The translations under genes were made by a program, and so were the position numbers. Of a stretch of DNA of 38,551 bases, positions 36,986-38,551 are shown in pieces (the stretch's first letter is position 1; every line of letters starts with the position of its first letter). Below the pieces are notes generated by a model. The model had not been told where the DNA came from and did no database searches. It saw only the letters and a list, made by a program, of their open reading frames with translations. The stretch is taken from assembly GCA_016196285.1 (NCBI GenBank), contig JACPXY010000004.1:1-38551 (forward strand). The letters run 5' to 3'. The DNA is from Candidatus Pacearchaeota archaeon (lineage in GTDB: Archaea; Nanobdellota; Nanobdellia; Pacearchaeales; GW2011-AR1).

Positions 36986-37035
36986 TGGCGCTTCAGTATA
37001 TAAATGCTTAAAAGTATCTAAATTTTCTTTTATTG

Positions 37036-37320
37036 ATGAGTTATGGTATTTGGTATAGAAGCAAATTAATAGGAAGCGTTCACTATCTCGTTTACAAAGA
37101 AGGAAAGCTTCCTGGAAGAGAACAGGACATATTTCTTCGTATGAATGACCTTTGTGCCTTAGAAACTCTCCTGAAATTATCTTCTCGAAGTAGTTTAAGG
37201 ATTGGGGGAAATGACAAAGGTCATGAAATGAGATATGCTGAATTTAAAGAAGAAATCTTAGCAAAAGTTAGAGATATACATATAGAAAATAATTCTATCG
37301 GTGCAAGTGTTCATGGTTAG
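37036..37320 (+). CDS. Hypothetical protein
   Basis: 94-aa ORF; ATG 37036 is 29 nt after CTTAAAA. Confidence 0.6.
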   Translation: MSYGIWYRSKLIGSVHYLVYKEGKLPGREQDIFLRMNDLCALETLLKLSSRSSLRIGGNDKGHEMRYAEFKEEILAKVRDIHIENNSIGASVHG

Positions 37321-37556
37321 GCGCACACTATTGGGTGGGAGAAAACTTTTAATTTGGACACAGTCTGGGAACATATTGCAATACAATGAAGAACCAGAAT
37401 AAGATATAATTATCCCATAATACTCTAAGCTCTGCGGGCATCAGTTAACAATGTCTTTATTACATTTTTAGATGTATTTGCCTCTGTGAGAATATCGCAG
37501 GTTATTGGAGCCAATAAAACAAAAACCTTTATATACCAACGTTTAGAGGTTGACTT

Positions 37557-37919
37557 ATGAATCGTGGAAGAAAGATTTCCGGTGGAAAGTATCATAAACA
37601 GCGCAAAAGGCGCGCCCATGAACTGCGAGGTCAGGAAAGACACGTAGTATTGGGAGAGACAAAACAGAAGTTTCTAGGCACTCTGGGCGGCGCACAAAAG
37701 ACAATTCTTCTGAAAGCAGAGACAGTAAATGTTCTCATTGAAGGAAAGGCAAAAAAGGCAAAGATCATCAACGTAATTGAAACTCCTCAAAATAGATTCT
37801 TTGCACGGCAGAATCGTCTGATAAAATCAGCCCTTATAGAGACCTCAATGGGGAAAGCCAGGATTACCAACCGCCCAAGCCAAGAAGGCCAGGTCAATGC
37901 AGTATTAGTTAAGGAGTAA
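37557..37919 (+). CDS. rps8e: 30S ribosomal protein S8e
   Basis: RKISGGKY...RKRRAHELR, KIINVIETPQN, GKARITNRPSQEGQVNAVL. Confidence 0.96.
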   Translation: MNRGRKISGGKYHKQRKRRAHELRGQERHVVLGETKQKFLGTLGGAQKTILLKAETVNVLIEGKAKKAKIINVIETPQNRFFARQNRLIKSALIETSMGKARITNRPSQEGQVNAVLVKE

Positions 37920-38029
37920 AGAGCTTAGGGCGAGAGAAGGAGAACTCACTCCCTAATTCCTCGACAACCAACCGAAAGCTTTAAAAAGCTTCTTTCACAC
38001 TGAGTACTTAAACTTTTCGGTAATAATAT

Positions 38030-38551
38030 ATGGTTTATGTAAAACGCTGTCCTGAATGTGGGAGTGTCAATCTCACTTATGATGATCACAAAGGTGAAAT
38101 TATCTGCAACGAATGCGGGCTGATCGTCGAGGAGAAGATGGTCGATACAGGTCAGGATGTTGGTGGTCAATTCGATAAGACTGACAAGAAAGGCCGTGGT
38201 GGCGCTCCGATGTCTATGCAAAAATTCGACAAAGGCCTTGCAACAAATGTCGGTGAGATATCCGATATCTATCGTCTTGAAGCAGGACAGACCAGGAAAT
38301 TCCTTAGATTGAAAAAATGGCAGGAACGCGTTTCGACCTCTATCGAGAGAAACTTAAGGCTGGCGATGGCAGAATTAAGAAGAGTTGCCTCTTTTCTTAG
38401 TCTTCCTTCAGTTGTCAGGGACGAGGCATCAAGAGTCTATAATTATGTATTACAGAGAGGATTAGTCAGAGGAAGATCGATGGAGTCAGTCATTGCAGCA
38501 TGCATCTATGCAGCCTGCAGGTCATACAACATTCCCCGAACGCTCGATGAA
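38030..38551 (+). CDS. tfb: Transcription initiation factor IIB, N-terminal part (runs off the window)
   Basis: Manual translation MVYVKRCPECGSVNLTYDDHKGEIICNECGLIV...DKGLAT...RLKKWQ...ERNLRLAMAEL...LVRGRSMESVIAACIYAACRSYNIPRTLDE; not in the ORF track. Confidence 0.97.
   Translation, partial: MVYVKRCPECGSVNLTYDDHKGEIICNECGLIVEEKMVDTGQDVGGQFDKTDKKGRGGAPMSMQKFDKGLATNVGEISDIYRLEAGQTRKFLRLKKWQERVSTSIERNLRLAMAELRRVASFLSLPSVVRDEASRVYNYVLQRGLVRGRSMESVIAACIYAACRSYNIPRTLDE

Noticed and set aside
37385-37470. Further element copy (AATGAAGAACC...GCATCAG)
   Set aside because: Only short matches, wrong spacing and no hairpin; at best a very old remnant
37920-38029. SRP RNA after rps8e (a common archaeal linkage)
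   Set aside because: Gap is only about 110 nt, AT-rich and occupied by the tfb promoter
37946-38221. 91-aa minus ORF
   Set aside because: Antisense to tfb

Overview
Chromosomal window of a reduced-genome archaeon. Gene content and style point to a DPANN lineage such as Pacearchaeota or Woesearchaeota (inference). It is mostly housekeeping: AlaRS, LeuRS, GlyRS, TFE, TFB (partial), Rpo11, aIF-1A, S17e, S8e, RadB, ScpB, MinD, EndA, RNase Z, Lsm and four intron-less tRNAs (Met/CAT, Ala, Cys, Arg). It also holds a surface-glycan cluster, two toxin-antitoxin loci (one with a broken PIN toxin) and a ZIP/Fur cassette with a clear operator. Five coding regions missed or only partly covered by the ORF track were read directly: a partial sulfotransferase-like gene, a 57-aa Zn-finger, the 5' part of the PIN gene, a 49-aa DUF5679-like Zn-ribbon and TFB. 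The most notable signals are (i) a dispersed family of transposase-less hairpin elements with IS200/IS605-like ends (5-7 copies), (ii) a densely structured ~170-nt intergenic element, (iii) a strict TATA-to-start spacing of 29 nt that also applies (29-31 nt) to mature tRNA 5' ends, (iv) a yeast Tyr1-like prephenate dehydrogenase, and (v) an AT-rich TA plus bacterial-type short AlaRS block. No CRISPR array or intact transposase was seen.
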